Source: an uncultured Acidimicrobiia bacterium
Lineage (GTDB): Bacteria; Acidobacteriota; Terriglobia; Versatilivoradales; Versatilivoraceae
NCBI GenBank assembly: GCA_963786955.1
Contig: CAWBAT010000005.1
Coordinates: 1,248,001-1,312,000 of the forward strand
Direction of reading: 5' to 3'
DNA length: 64,000 nucleotides
The notes beneath the pieces were generated by a model, which did no database searches, was not told where the DNA came from, and saw only the letters and a list, made by a program, of their open reading frames with translations. Each line of letters opens with the position of its first letter. The stretch's first letter is position 1. The translations under genes were made by a program, and so were the position numbers. This document shows, one piece after another, positions 19,486 through 29,443 of the stretch.

Positions 19486-20373
19486 ATGATCCGAACTGTT
19501 CTTTCATCGTTATCCCCGGCTCAAAAGAGCCGGATCCGCGGCTGGTATCGGAAGAGTCAGCAGCAGTTGGTCCGCCGATTCTTGTCGTACGATGCGACAG
19601 CGCTAACGGAGTGCCTCCGCAAAATGGGCATTCGCCCTGGAGACACGCTCATGGTTCACAGCGCTTTTGGACCGTTACTGGGATTTCGGGGTTCTCCCAA
19701 CGCGCTCATCGATGTTTTACTGGACGCAGTCGGGGAAGAGGGCAACCTGCTAATGGTCTCGATGTCATACTCGGGCTCGTCTGCCGAGTATTTGAGGACC
19801 CTCCCATATTTCGATGTCCAAAAAACAATTTCCCTTATGGGACTGGTATCCGAAACCTTTCGCCGTCGACCGGCTGTTGTTCGTAGCCTGAATTCCACCC
19901 ATCCCGTTCTGGCTTTCGGACCCAAGGCCGAATGGATTGTTTCAGGGCACGAGAATTGTCCCTATCCTTGTGGCCCGGGTTCCCCCTTTGAAAAGCTACT
20001 CAAATTGAATGGGAAGGTGCTCTTCTATGGAGCCAGCGTGCGGACTTTCACTTTCTACCACTATCTGGAGCATTTAGTGAAAGAGGAATTGCCCTTTCCT
20101 CTCTACGAAGGCCAGCCCTTTGAAGCTCAGGTGATCGATCATCGGGGTCAGATTCGAATTGTGACGACCTATGTGTTCTCGCAAGAGGCCATTCCGCGCC
20201 GCCGCCCCGATAAACTTTTTGCGGAACTCATGAAGCGTAAGCAGTGGAATAAGGCTCGGCTTGGCAATACCCCAATTGTCCTGATCGACGTGAGCCATGC
20301 CCTCTCTTCCACTCTTGACCTGGCAAAACGTGGAATCTACTTCTTCGAGATGAGCCGAATTTCAGGAGCGTAG
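19486..20373 (+). CDS. AAC(3)/Antibiotic_NAT-family N-acyltransferase
   Basis: GIRPGDTLMVHS, VGEEGNLLM, MGLVSETFR, RSLNSTHPVLAFG, SPFEKL, TFYHYLE. Confidence 0.85.
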   Translation: MIRTVLSSLSPAQKSRIRGWYRKSQQQLVRRFLSYDATALTECLRKMGIRPGDTLMVHSAFGPLLGFRGSPNALIDVLLDAVGEEGNLLMVSMSYSGSSAEYLRTLPYFDVQKTISLMGLVSETFRRRPAVVRSLNSTHPVLAFGPKAEWIVSGHENCPYPCGPGSPFEKLLKLNGKVLFYGASVRTFTFYHYLEHLVKEELPFPLYEGQPFEAQVIDHRGQIRIVTTYVFSQEAIPRRRPDKLFAELMKRKQWNKARLGNTPIVLIDVSHALSSTLDLAKRGIYFFEMSRISGA

Positions 20374-20585
20374 AGTGATGATTTATTCAACTCGGGAGGA
20401 TCTGCATGGGAGGGCGCATTCGCTGAACGCGCCGCAGACGGCGGTTTCTTCCGGTCCCGTTGGATGTGGATTTTGTGGGTTGCTGATTCTGGATTTGTCC
20501 CCGACTGCGCACCAGCTGATGTTTAGCGCAGACGAAACTGGGGTGATGGTTCTTAACTCACAGGATACAAATTATGTCATAAGGA

Positions 20586-21538
20586 GTGAAGAAAGTGTCC
20601 GAGAAGGTTGATTTCAACAATCGGGTGAGCGATATGGCTAACCTCTATGACGAGGGTAAGCCGCAATTCCTGGGCGCGCGGAATCTTATCTCGCGCAAGC
20701 GGTTTGCGCTGGAGATGGTGGAGACCGGTCTCTCTCACCCCTTGAAGATTCTGGACGCCGGGTGCGGGACAGGCGAGATTGTTGGGCAGCTCATACGATG
20801 CGGGCACGAGGTCTGGGGTCTCGATATCTCGGAGCTGATGATACGTTATGCAAAAGAACACTGCGTCTTGGGCCGATTTCAGCAGGGCGACATCGAACAT
20901 CTTCCGTTTCGGGATAACACCTTTGACATGGTGGTGTGCCTAGGGGTCTTGGAGTATCTGAACACGGACGAGAAGGCCCTTCGTGAAATAAGGCGGGTGC
21001 TCAAACCCGGGGGGGAGCAGTGATCTCTACCCCCAATGCCATCTTTCCTCTCTATTATGTGGACCGCGCGCTCGTCGGTCTAAAGGCTGCCGCTTGGCCC
21101 CTCTACCGTATCCTGAAGTACTTGTCTGGCGGGAGGCCGACCCCTACTCATCAACCCCCCCATGAGCTTATCCACCGGAGGTTTTATCCCAGGCGGTGGC
21201 TGCGGCTCTTGCGCTCGGTGGGCTTGGAGCCACAGGAGTTGGTCTGCCATGGCTGGGGATGGTACCGTTCCTGGCAGCTTGAACAGCTCCTGCAGTTTCT
21301 GTCTCGGCTGGCGGGGCTGTTTAGACTCACCTTGAGCCGATCTTTAGGACAAGCTCTTCTCAACCGAGCCGTTGAGGGAATTGTTCGAAATCGAGCGCTG
21401 AACTGGCTTCTTTCCGAGCAAATTGTCCGGGTGCGTGCGGTCAAGTCGCCGACCTCCCCGCAACTGCCCCGGGTGGTGGCGATCATGAACGCAACGTTCG
21501 TCATCTGTCAAGTAATGCCCGACGTCCTGTGTCACTAG
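20586..21538 (+). pseudogene. Class I SAM-dependent methyltransferase split by a frameshift in a G7 tract
   Basis: ILDAGCGTG, LPFRDNTFD, RVLKPGG, then continues in another frame as AVISTPN; one extra G at 21009-21015 fuses the two ORFs. Confidence 0.8.
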
Positions 21539-21549
21539 CTCTCCTTCCT

Positions 21550-23055
21550 ATGTCACCCAGTATTCAAAGCAAGATGATGCGAGGCGCATTCTGGATGGTG
21601 CTATTGAAGTTCGCTGACCACGGCCTTGGGTTTACCAGTATGCTTATCCTCGTGCGACTACTCACGCCCGCGGATTTTGGAATCTCTGCCATGGGAGGTT
21701 CTTGTGTCGCAATGGCGGAGGCACTCACTGCATTCGGGTTCGACATCGCACTGATTCAACATCCGAAACCAAGTAAGGAACACTATCACACGGCGTGGAC
21801 ATGCAATGTGGTTCTCGGATGCACGGTCACCGCACTCTCACTTGCGTTGGCATGGCCGGTAGCCCAGTTTTACCGCCACCCTGAAGTGTTCTGGGTAATG
21901 ACTGCGCTTGCGTTCGGCCCTCTTCTGGTATCTCTGGAGAACATTGGCATCGTCAACTTCCGAAAGGAGTTGCAGTTTCGCAAGGAGTTCACGTTTCGAC
22001 TGAGTCGCAGGATCTTTACTTTCCTTGTGGTCTTGCCGCTGGCCTTCTGGTGGCGCAGCTACTGGGCGCTGGTTTTAGGAATCTTGATTAATAAGCTAGG
22101 AGTCTCTGTGTTGAGCTACATGGCGCATGAATTTCGGCCGCGCTTTTGCATAGCGAAAGTGAAGGAGCTGTTCGATTTTTCGAAGTGGCTCTTAATTGGC
22201 AACATTGTCGGCACTTTGAATAAGCACTTCACAGACTTCATCATCGGGAGATGGCACGGGCCAGCGGCCCTTGGGCTCTATAGCATAAGCTACGAAATTG
22301 CCAACACGCCGACGGCTGATTTGAGTGCCTCCGTCAATCAGGCATTGCTGCCGGGTTTCGCAAAGATCGACACCGGCAAGGAACTACGTGCTGTTTACGG
22401 CGACGCGATGAGCGTCCTTGCGCTGATCGCCTTGCCGGCCGCAGCTGGCCTCTACGCGGTGGCGCCATTCGTCGTGCCCGTGGTACTTGGAAGCAAATGG
22501 TTACAAAGTGCAGCGTTGGTGGAAATCCTCGCCTTCAATGGGGTAGTGTTCCTATTCCATTCCTCTATTTGCACAGTGCTCATGGGGAGAGGCTATCCCG
22601 ATGTCGCCACGAAGACTGGTGCCCTGTACGTCCCGTTGTTTCTCGGGTTACTGGCTCTCTTCGGTATCCATCATGGTGTTGCCGGGGTCGCTTACTCGGC
22701 CTTGGCAGCGTCGGTCTTGATGACTCCCCTCTATCTTTACCAAATGAAGCGGCGGATTGGTGTCGGAGTTAATGTATTCCTACGGGCGATCATCCGACCT
22801 GCACTGGCATCCATTCTAATGGCATGGATCGTGCGCGGGGTGCTGCCAGCGTATGAGTTCTCAATGTCGACGCACCATGCTATCTTCCTGCTGATCGGTG
22901 GCGTTGCTCTCGGCGGTGTGGTTTATGCATTCGCTGCAGGGCTGCTTTGGCTGATCGCTGGACGTCCCGCCAGCGCGGAGCGCCTTGTGCTTGAGCGTAT
23001 CCGAGGCGCGGTCGCGTCGGTTAGCGTCGGCGGTGTATTGTGGAACGGCAGATGA
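21550..23055 (+). CDS. wzx: Wzx/WzxC-type polysaccharide flippase, copy 1
   Basis: Multi-TM; LVRLLTPADFG, FRKELQF, WRSYWALV, ALGLYS motifs. Confidence 0.88.
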   Translation: MSPSIQSKMMRGAFWMVLLKFADHGLGFTSMLILVRLLTPADFGISAMGGSCVAMAEALTAFGFDIALIQHPKPSKEHYHTAWTCNVVLGCTVTALSLALAWPVAQFYRHPEVFWVMTALAFGPLLVSLENIGIVNFRKELQFRKEFTFRLSRRIFTFLVVLPLAFWWRSYWALVLGILINKLGVSVLSYMAHEFRPRFCIAKVKELFDFSKWLLIGNIVGTLNKHFTDFIIGRWHGPAALGLYSISYEIANTPTADLSASVNQALLPGFAKIDTGKELRAVYGDAMSVLALIALPAAAGLYAVAPFVVPVVLGSKWLQSAALVEILAFNGVVFLFHSSICTVLMGRGYPDVATKTGALYVPLFLGLLALFGIHHGVAGVAYSALAASVLMTPLYLYQMKRRIGVGVNVFLRAIIRPALASILMAWIVRGVLPAYEFSMSTHHAIFLLIGGVALGGVVYAFAAGLLWLIAGRPASAERLVLERIRGAVASVSVGGVLWNGR

Positions 23056-23119
23056 TTGGTGGCCGAAAAGAAGAATCTATGCTGGGTTAAGTCAGGGCGG
23101 TTGACAGAACGGGCGACTC

Positions 23120-23535
23120 GATGCGCTAATCTACAACGCTGCAACAGGTGTCCGCAAGCCAATGGATGTCTTCACCCAACGCCACCTTTCGGCGGTCTGG
23201 CAGGTGAATGTCGGGGCATTTTTTGATTTGTCTTTGAAATTTCGTACATGCATGCCGGATGGATCCCGAATCATTGCTGTCTCCTCGGAGGGTGCTCGCC
23301 GTGCATTGGATGGCTACCGGGCTATCGGCAGCTCAAAAGGGGCACTGGAGGCCTTGTGCCGGTAAATGGCGGCCGAATGGGCCCCCGACCGCGTTGCGCA
23401 TGAGGCTCAATCGAACCCGTTGGGTCGGCTTGTTGATCTAAACGAGGTCGCTCAGGTCGTGCACTTCCTTTGTTCTCCTGCATCAGATGCGATCATTGCG
23501 CAAACTCTGGTGATTGATGGAGGGAAGGCTATCTC
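23120..23535 (+). pseudogene. Enoyl-ACP reductase (FabL/FabI-like SDR) remnant
   Basis: LIYNAATG, IIAVSSEG, Yx6K (YRAIGSSK), NPLGR..LCSPAS..QTLVIDGG; in-frame TAA at 23363, N-terminus missing, internal deletion. Confidence 0.8.
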
Positions 23536-23714
23536 CGCGCCGCCGCCCCAGGATACTTTTTGCAGAACTCATGAAACGTAAGCAGTGGAATAAGGCTCGG
23601 CTTGGCAATACCCCAATTGTCCTGATCGACGTGAGCCATGCCCTCTCTTCCACCATCGACCTGGCGAAACGTGGAATCTACTTTTACGAGATGAGTCGAA
23701 GCTCAGGGTCGTAG
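23528..23714 (+). pseudogene. Duplicated 3' end of the AAC(3)-family gene
   Basis: Near-identical DNA to about 20187-20373 (LFAELMKRKQWNKARLGNTPIVLIDVSHALSST.DLAKRGIYF). Confidence 0.9.
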
Positions 23715-23729
23715 CGGAGGGCAAAAACG

Positions 23730-24020
23730 ATGAATAGTCCCCGAAAGAGTTACTGGAAGACGGTGTTCTTGGCCAGTACGATGCTGGTCGTTGACGTCGC
23801 AGCCGCGGTCTTGGGGTTCGTAAAGGGATCGATCTTTCTTCTCTTGCACGTTTTAAGGTTAAGGCAGGTTCCTAGCTTGTACCTTTCAGCATTCGCTTGT
23901 TCGGGCCTCATCGCGTTATTTTGCTTTTTCATTGTTCTCGGAGGGCTATTCGCGATCTTCGGTGACGCCGGGGAGGTAGTAGAGCAGGCGGCCAGATCCT
24001 TCATCGCTAAAAGACAATGA
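23730..24020 (+). CDS. Small hypothetical membrane protein
   Basis: GGAGG RBS, hydrophobic segments, ATGA overlap with the next gene; no family recognised. Confidence 0.5.
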   Translation: MNSPRKSYWKTVFLASTMLVVDVAAAVLGFVKGSIFLLLHVLRLRQVPSLYLSAFACSGLIALFCFFIVLGGLFAIFGDAGEVVEQAARSFIAKRQ

Positions 24021-25022
24021 GTAAACGTCTCGTCCTGAACCTTAGAGTTGGAGATCTTGTAGAAGTGCGAACCAAGGAAGAAATTCTTGCGACGCTTGAC
24101 GAACGAGGAACTCTGGATAACATGCCGTTCATGCCCGAAATGCTCAGTTTTTGCGGCAAGACCTTCCGCGTGTTCAAACACGCTCACAAAGTGGATGATC
24201 GGATTGAAAGAACGGGACTAAGACGTTTGGATCACTGTGTCATCCTTGATGCAGTGCGGTGCAGTGGTGAGGGGCATGGGAGTTGTCAAGCCGGTTGTAA
24301 CATCTTGTGGAAAGAAACCTGGTTAAGAAAGGTTCGTCACAGTGCAGAGGAGAAACCAGCTCTCCACTAAGGGCAGGCCTTCTGCCGCCACGACATCGGA
24401 TTCGACGGCCCACGAGGGTCCCTGTACGGATGAGACCTTGATGAAGGTTGCTCGGCGAACCCAGGGACAGGAGCCTTCGTTTGAAGAAGTCTTCATGTGC
24501 CAAGCTACTGAACTCAGAAGAGCAACCTCATATCTGTCACCGTGGAACTTGAGACAATACGTTCTGGACGTTTGGCTTGGAAACATTACCTTCTTTGAGT
24601 TCGTGCGGGGCATGTCTATCTGGCTCTTCAATGAGGTTCAGGCACTTAGAGGAGGCTGTGTCTACCCATATGTGAAAGAAGGCAAATTGACAAAAACCCC
24701 CAAGATTGAACTCAATCTTGAACCAGGAGAAATGGTAAGAGTTAAGACAATGAACGAGATCCAGCAGACCCTCGACAAAGGAACCAAAAACCGTGGATTG
24801 TGGTTTGATAGGGAAATGGTTCGTTATTGCGATGGAAGGTTCAGGGTTTTTAGAAGAGTCAACCGGATCATCGATGAGAAGAGCGGAAGGATGCTCCACT
24901 TCCGCACCGTAAACATCATTCTTGAAGGCGTCACCACTCGAGGCGACTACCATAGGTTTTGCCCCATGAATGAATATATATTTTGGCATGAGATTTGGCT
25001 TGAAAGGATTGAATTAAGATGA
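24017..25022 (+). pseudogene. Two-repeat Cys-containing conserved hypothetical protein, split by a frameshift near 24345-24370
   Basis: The two ORFs carry homologous halves (LNLRVGDLVEVRTKEEILATLD..EMLSFCG..FRVF / LNLEPGEMVRVKTMNEIQQTLD..EMVRYCD..FRVF; WKETWL / WHEIWL). Confidence 0.65.
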
Positions 25023-25367
25023 ATGGTCCTTTCCCATGCTTTTTTGCAACTTGTCATTGTTTAGCTGTGCTCTTGCAGGCCGATTTTGAGAGACGTGCAA
25101 CGCTTTGAGATATATTCAGGATGCCGAACATTCTGGCAATGGGGAACCTTCATTCCATATCTGGGAAAAAGTCCTAACCTTAAGTCCCTAATTTCGGCAA
25201 AACCCGTTAGAAAGATACATGATGGCTTCCAGCGAGTAACTTTTAAGTCACTGAGAATTATAACCAAAGTTCAAGCCCAATCTATTTCTGACAGTAAAGT
25301 TGATTTTTGGTAAAGGGAATGCTGTCTTAAGGATTGGCGATCTCAAAATGATCCGGAGCAAGAAACA

Positions 25368-26273
25368 ATGTCACGAGTGAGTGTTGGCCTGCCCGTTTAT
25401 AACGGAGAGCGCTACTTGCGTATAGCGATAGAGTCGATCTTGGCTCAGACGTACCAGGATTTTGAATTTATCATTTCCGACAATGCATCAACAGATAAGA
25501 CTGAGCAGATTTGCCGTGAGTATGCTAGATCGGACAATCGCATAAGGTATCATCGGAATGAGAAAAACATTGGCGCACCGAGAAACTTCAATTTGGTTTT
25601 TAATCTATCACATGGAGAGTACTTAAAGTGGGCAACTTGCGACGATCACGTTGCCCCGGAAATGATTGAGAAATGTCTTGCAGTGATGGACTCGAATCCC
25701 GATGTCGTTTTGTGTTTTCCGAATGCCAAACTCATCGATGCCGAAGGAATCTTTATAGAGAATTATGATGATGTGCTTCACTTGCAGGATCCAATAGCGA
25801 GCCGTCGATTTATCCAACTCATACAGCAAATCGGGCTTGCACACCAACACCTCGGATTGATCCGTTCTGAAGCGCTGAAAAAGACAATGCTCCATGGTAT
25901 TTTCATGGCTGCAGACATCAACTTCCTAGCTGAATTGAGTCTTTATGGGAAATTTTACAGATTGCCAGAATACCTCCTCTTCCGCAGATTCCATCCTGGC
26001 TCCTCCAGTTGGGATCGGTCAGATCAAAAACGCCAAGTGGTATGGACTGATCCTGGTCGAGGCAACCACATCCGTCTCGACCATTGGGAATCTACTTGGA
26101 ACTTTTTTGAAGCAGTTCGTAGATCTCCTATCCCAGTACGCCAAAAGGTTGAAGCATGGCGCTATCTTTGTCACAAGGCTTACTGGAATAAGAGTATCTT
26201 GTGGGGGGAGCTGATTGATATCTTCAGAAAGGGTAGTCGGCATTTTTCTAAGGCCAAGACTTTATCTCCGTGA
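25368..26273 (+). CDS. Glycosyltransferase family 2
   Basis: VSVGLPVYNGE, ISDNASTD, WATCDD. Confidence 0.92.
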   Translation: MSRVSVGLPVYNGERYLRIAIESILAQTYQDFEFIISDNASTDKTEQICREYARSDNRIRYHRNEKNIGAPRNFNLVFNLSHGEYLKWATCDDHVAPEMIEKCLAVMDSNPDVVLCFPNAKLIDAEGIFIENYDDVLHLQDPIASRRFIQLIQQIGLAHQHLGLIRSEALKKTMLHGIFMAADINFLAELSLYGKFYRLPEYLLFRRFHPGSSSWDRSDQKRQVVWTDPGRGNHIRLDHWESTWNFFEAVRRSPIPVRQKVEAWRYLCHKAYWNKSILWGELIDIFRKGSRHFSKAKTLSP

Positions 26274-26499
26274 TGGTTAGGTTGGGAGTCGGCACGGACC
26301 TATCGCTGCTATCCGTCAAAGAGCTGCAGAGGATCACATTGCTAAATGAGACATTGTCCGGTGATTCTTATGTGGTGAGGGTGAATTTTCGACGACTATT
26401 GAACGCGGCGAGAAGTTATGACTTGGACGATTGCCGAAAGAGTCCGACTTTCTCAACACAAACCGTGAAGCGCGTCTGCACAAGGCTTTTGTGTCTGGG

Positions 26500-27576
26500 A
26501 TGAACATGAAATTTTGGAAGGCAAAGCGAGTCTTGTTGACCGGTCATACAGGATTCAAGGGCAGTTGGTTGGCGCTCTGGCTTCAGGCCCTTGGGGCCGA
26601 AACCATTGGATATTCGCTTCCTCCTCCAACGGAACCAAGCCTATTTGAACTCGCACAGGTATCGAGTGGCATGACCTCGGTTATGGGCGATGTTCGTGAC
26701 TTCGAACTCCTCAAGAGAGTGATTGGAGAGAAGAATCCGGAAATAGTGATCCACATGGCTGCACAGTCAGTAGTCAGATACTCATATGATAGCCCCATCG
26801 AGACGTACTCAACGAATGTCATGGGCACGGTGAACTTGCTCGAGGCGATACGCCAATTGCAACTGCCGTGTGTGGTTGTGAATGTGACGAGCGATAAGTG
26901 CTACGAAAACAAGAACTGGGAGTGGGGGTATCGAGAGAATGAGCAACTGGGCGGGCATGACCCTTACTCCAACAGTAAAGCCTGCTCGGAACTGGTTACC
27001 GCGGCATTTCGAGAGTCCTACTTCCACAATCAGGGCTCTGCACAACCACGGGTTTTGCTTGCTAGCAGCAGAGCGGGGAATGTGATAGGTGGAGGAGATT
27101 GGACAGAAGATCAGCTTGTTCCAGATATTATGAGGGCGTTCATTAAAGGGCAACCAGTGCGAATCCGCAATCCACATGCTGTCCGACCGTGGCAGTTCGT
27201 GCTGGAGCCGTTGCGTGGATATCTCATGCTCGCGGAGCACTTATGGAACCACGGTTCAGAATTTGCAGAAGGTTGGAATTTTGGCCCCCATGAAGAGGAG
27301 GCACAACCTGTTTCCTGGATTGTGCAAAATATTTCGGCTTTGTGGGGAGAAAGCGCCCGCTGGGAGGCGGACCAGGGAATTCATCCTCATGAGGCACAGA
27401 TCCTCAAGCTTGATAGTTCGAAGGCGAGATCAAAGCTTGGGTGGGTACCTAAACTGCACCTTTCTCCTGCCTTAGAGTGGGTTGTTGAATGGTACAAGTC
27501 ATACTGTATGAGAAAGAACCTGCTCGAGGTTACTCGCGCCCAAATAGCCAGATACCAGAACCTAGTAACAAGTTGA
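26500..27576 (+). CDS. rfbG: CDP-glucose 4,6-dehydratase
   Basis: TGHTGFKGSWL, VTSDKCY, DPYSNSKAC, RAGNVIGGGDW, RPWQFVLEPL. Confidence 0.95.
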   Translation: MNMKFWKAKRVLLTGHTGFKGSWLALWLQALGAETIGYSLPPPTEPSLFELAQVSSGMTSVMGDVRDFELLKRVIGEKNPEIVIHMAAQSVVRYSYDSPIETYSTNVMGTVNLLEAIRQLQLPCVVVNVTSDKCYENKNWEWGYRENEQLGGHDPYSNSKACSELVTAAFRESYFHNQGSAQPRVLLASSRAGNVIGGGDWTEDQLVPDIMRAFIKGQPVRIRNPHAVRPWQFVLEPLRGYLMLAEHLWNHGSEFAEGWNFGPHEEEAQPVSWIVQNISALWGESARWEADQGIHPHEAQILKLDSSKARSKLGWVPKLHLSPALEWVVEWYKSYCMRKNLLEVTRAQIARYQNLVTS

Positions 27577-27606
27577 CATATTTGAATCCGCAACGAGGGG
27601 GACGCC

Positions 27607-28137
27607 TTGCAGTTTATGGATACCACCATTGTGGGTGCCTGGGTAATCGAGCCCAATCCCCACGAAGATGACCGGGGTCGGTTCATGCGAGCATGGTGTA
27701 GCCGGGAGTTTGCCGAACATGGTCTCGACTTTCTTCCTGTGCAGGCAAACATGGGATTTAGCGTCCGCAAAGGGACGGTTCGTGGTATGCACTTCCAGGA
27801 GGAGCCTGCGCTGGAGGCCAAGCTAGTCCGCTGCACGAGAGGAACCATCTTCGATGTGGTCATCGACCTCAGACCGGGGTCCCCGACTTACGGTAAATGG
27901 TACGGTGCAGAATTGAGCTCGGAGAATGGTCGAATGCTCTATGTGCCAGAACACTGTGCGCACGGATACCAGACCCTCGAGGAATCTACGGAGATATATT
28001 ATATGACGTCGGCATTCTACACTCCAAACTCGGTGCGTGGCGTACGATTTGATGATCCGGCCTTTGGTATTGAGTGGCCATTGGTCGCCACGATTGTCTC
28101 TGACCAAGACCGCAACTGGCCGCTCTTGGAGCGGTAG
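27607..28137 (+). CDS. rfbC: NDP-4-keto-6-deoxyhexose 3,5-epimerase (RmlC/RfbC cupin)
   Basis: DDRGRF, GTVRGMHFQ, DLRPGSPTYG, AHGYQTL. Confidence 0.92.
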   Translation: MQFMDTTIVGAWVIEPNPHEDDRGRFMRAWCSREFAEHGLDFLPVQANMGFSVRKGTVRGMHFQEEPALEAKLVRCTRGTIFDVVIDLRPGSPTYGKWYGAELSSENGRMLYVPEHCAHGYQTLEESTEIYYMTSAFYTPNSVRGVRFDDPAFGIEWPLVATIVSDQDRNWPLLER

Positions 28138-28154
28138 GAGGGACTAATACAAAC

Positions 28155-28476
28155 ATGATCGTAGATACTGCTCATAGAGAGCGAGAAGCTAGCTAATGGT
28201 TGCCCAATCCGCGTCAGAATGGTTGACGCCAGTGCGACAGAGTGGGTTATTGCAGGGTCTACTCAAGAGGCAGAAGCGGCAATCGATGGGGGGCCCGGTC
28301 CTGACTGACGATCCGTCGGTACTGACCGCCTGCAAGGCCATCGATATCCTCGTGGAAGTAACGGGCACAATTGAGGCTGCGGCCCACGTCGTGCTCGAGG
28401 CGTTCGACCACGACAAACATGTGGTCCTGGTGAACGCTGAGCTCGATTCAGTGTTTGGTCCGATTTTGAAGGCAAG
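28155..28476 (+). pseudogene. Decayed 5' duplicate of the SAF-domain oxidoreductase
   Basis: MIVDTAHRERE and PVLTDDPSVLTACKAIDILVEVTGTIEAAAHVV..ELDSVFGPILKA match the 29447 gene, with internal deletions. Confidence 0.85.
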
Positions 28477-28551
28477 AACGGGTGAGTATGGTGGAATTTC
28501 ACCATCAACTCGCGTTGGGTTGGGAGTAACAATAATTGGACGTAAAGTGTG

Positions 28552-29289
28552 ATGAAAAGACGGTTTATTGTTTCTCCGGTGATCTTTCTTTTTGCTTTAG
28601 CATTTTTGTCTGGTGCCGAAGCTATAGCCAGAACATTCACCACCAATTTCCCTCTTACGGAGAACCCCATTTCAGAGAGTGGAGCTTGGATCAACGGTAA
28701 AACTGTTGGTCTTGATTGGGCTAATGTTAGGACGACTCCAGGGAAAGCATTCGGCACTCAAGTTCCAGGCACAGGCAATTACTACGGAGATTCTACTGCA
28801 GTGCTGTCTGGGAACTGGGGAGCGGATCAAACATTGACCGCTGGTGTTTATTCGGCCAATTTGTCCACAAATGGAGAAGTGGAGCTAAGACTTCGTACAT
28901 CGATCACAGCCCACAGCATTACGGGCTATGAAGTAAATTTTTTGGCTCAAAACAGTGGCAACAGCTACTGCCAGATTGTTCGATGGAACGGTCCTGCAGG
29001 GAGTTTCACGGTCCTGGCAGATGTGGGGGGGAGTTCCACGCAGATTGCGAATGGAGCTACTATTAAGGCGACAATTGTTGGCAACGTCATAACTGCCTAT
29101 GTCAATAGTGTTCAAGTAGCACAGTCGACTGATAGTACCTATGCGACGGGTAGTCCAGGCATAGGATTCTTTCTCTCAGGAGGAAGTTCCAGCTTAAACG
29201 CTGATTTTGGACTTACAAGTTTTACGGCTTCGGACGCCGCAGATACAACAGCTCCATCTCCGCCAGAGAATCTGCGCATTTTACCTTGA
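28552..29289 (+). CDS. Secreted beta-sandwich (ConA/lectin-like) protein with C-terminal APSPPENLRILP tail
   Basis: Signal peptide (MKRRF..AEAIA), Gly/Ser/Thr-rich beta protein, GNVITAYVN..TDSTYATGSPGIGF. Confidence 0.75.
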   Translation: MKRRFIVSPVIFLFALAFLSGAEAIARTFTTNFPLTENPISESGAWINGKTVGLDWANVRTTPGKAFGTQVPGTGNYYGDSTAVLSGNWGADQTLTAGVYSANLSTNGEVELRLRTSITAHSITGYEVNFLAQNSGNSYCQIVRWNGPAGSFTVLADVGGSSTQIANGATIKATIVGNVITAYVNSVQVAQSTDSTYATGSPGIGFFLSGGSSSLNADFGLTSFTASDAADTTAPSPPENLRILP

Positions 29290-29327
29290 TGAATGAAGCC
29301 AAAAGGGAATCTTCAGAAGAAGTAAAT

Positions 29328-29427
29328 GGTGTGCGATTCGATGATCCAGCCTTCACAATTCAATGGACATTGGTTGCCTCAGTAGTTTCTGAACAGGATC
29401 GCAACTGGCCACTTGTGGAAGGTGTAG
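29328..29427 (+). pseudogene. Duplicated 3' end of rfbC
   Basis: GVRFDDPAFTIQWTLVASVVSEQDRNWPLVE versus rfbC GVRFDDPAFGIEWPLVATIVSDQDRNWPLLE. Confidence 0.85.
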
Positions 29428-29443
29428 GAGGTCCTAAAACAAC

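Noticed and set aside
19486-20373. AAC(3) as an aminoglycoside-resistance gene
   Set aside because: It is embedded in an ACP/FabH cassette with no mobile resistance context, and the family includes biosynthetic acyltransferases.
29242-29289. PPxNLR tails as PEP-CTERM or LPXTG sorting signals
   Set aside because: No transmembrane helix or basic cluster follows the Pro motif.
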